In this document: positions 49,451-50,030 of the stretch, piece by piece
How positions within the stretch are numbered: position 1 is the stretch's first letter
Layout: every line of letters begins with the position of its first letter
The notes under the pieces: generated by a model
Database searches by the model: none
What the model was told of the DNA's origin: nothing
The model's input: the letters and a program-made list of their open reading frames with translations, nothing else
Assembly (NCBI GenBank): GCA_945901095.1
Contig: CAMDKQ010000003.1
Location: forward strand, 1-50,030
Direction: 5' to 3'
From: Bifidobacterium breve
GTDB taxonomy: Bacteria > Actinomycetota > Actinomycetes > S36-B12
DNA: 50,030 nucleotides
Program-made: the position numbers and the translations under genes

Positions 49451-49807
49451 ATGCGACGCACAAGCGCGCTGGGTCAGTACGGCGAAGAGGTAGCGACACG
49501 ACATCTCGAAGGCCTCGGCATCGCGGTCGTTGAGCGCAATTGGCGATGCTCTGAAGGTGAGATCGACATTGTCGCTCGCGAGGGTGCGACCCTCGTGCTC
49601 GTCGAGGTGAAGACGAGAAGCTCGCTCGCCTTCGGTCATCCAGCAGAGTCCATCACCCCTCGCAAACTCCGCCGCATGCGCCACCTCGCCTACCGATGGC
49701 TCGCTGAGCACGAGGTACACGCACCGTCGGTTCGACTCGATGTCATCTCAGTCCTCCAGAAGTTGTCGGGTGCTCCCGTGGTCGAGCATCTGCGCGGAGT
49801 TGAGTGA
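49451..49807 (+). CDS. yraN: YraN-family nuclease
   Basis: LGQYGE, RNWRCSEGEIDIVA, VEVKTR, RLDVI. Confidence 0.93.
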   Translation: MRRTSALGQYGEEVATRHLEGLGIAVVERNWRCSEGEIDIVAREGATLVLVEVKTRSSLAFGHPAESITPRKLRRMRHLAYRWLAEHEVHAPSVRLDVISVLQKLSGAPVVEHLRGVE

Positions 49808-50030
49808 TGAGCCTCGCCGAGGTGTGGGGGGTCGTCACAACCGGGATCGCCGGGGTCATGGTGAAGGTGGAGGTTGACGTGGCGCAGGGTCTCCCAAGTG
49901 TCGGGGTTGTTGGCCTCGCGGGGGCCTCGGTCACTGAGGCGCGTTGGCGTGCGCGCTCAGCCATCGGCAATATCGGCGCCACTTGGCCAGCAGCCCGCAT
50001 CACCATCGGGCTTTCGCCGGCTGACCTTCC
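49807..50030 (+). CDS. comM: YifB/ComM Mg-chelatase-like ATPase, 5' part only (absent from ORF track)
   Basis: Manual translation VKVEVDVAQGLPSVGVVGL, SVTEAR, WPAARITIGLSPADL; follows yraN. Confidence 0.88.
   Translation, partial: MSLAEVWGVVTTGIAGVMVKVEVDVAQGLPSVGVVGLAGASVTEARWRARSAIGNIGATWPAARITIGLSPADL

Overview
High-GC actinobacterial chromosome segment, mostly a conserved core backbone: tRNA-Gln/tRNA-Glu, ndgR-type IclR, leuCD, HU, cofC-plsC-gpsA-ddl, thiL, rpmB, DAK2-recG-rsmD-coaD-yceD-rpmF-plsX-rnc-mutM-smc-ftsY, amt-glnK-glnD, ffh-rpsP-khpA-rimM-trmD-rplS-lepB x2-rnhB, then yraN and a partial comM. Three accessory blocks interrupt it. (1) 1-2950, next to the tRNAs, is a decaying island: two paralogous DUF1566/C-type-lectin-like lipoproteins, an ORF-free, stem-rich ~400-nt element that may be an orphan IS110-type noncoding end or a large ncRNA, a frameshifted Lsr2-like gene and a nonsense-interrupted AlpA/excisionase-like gene. 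(2) 6959-10035 is an SDR/SnoaL/FAD-dehydrogenase trio. (3) 41850-49281 is an arsenic island (arsR, arsM'-arsD fusion, arsA, three ArsC domains, frameshifted aquaporin, no arsB/acr3) followed by a CopRS-like two-component pair. Other points: a CofC/OB-fold fusion, a candidate pseudoknotted rplS leader and two intergenic tandem repeats. No CRISPR array, reverse transcriptase, integrase or intact transposase is seen. All calls come from reading motifs by eye; no database searches were run.
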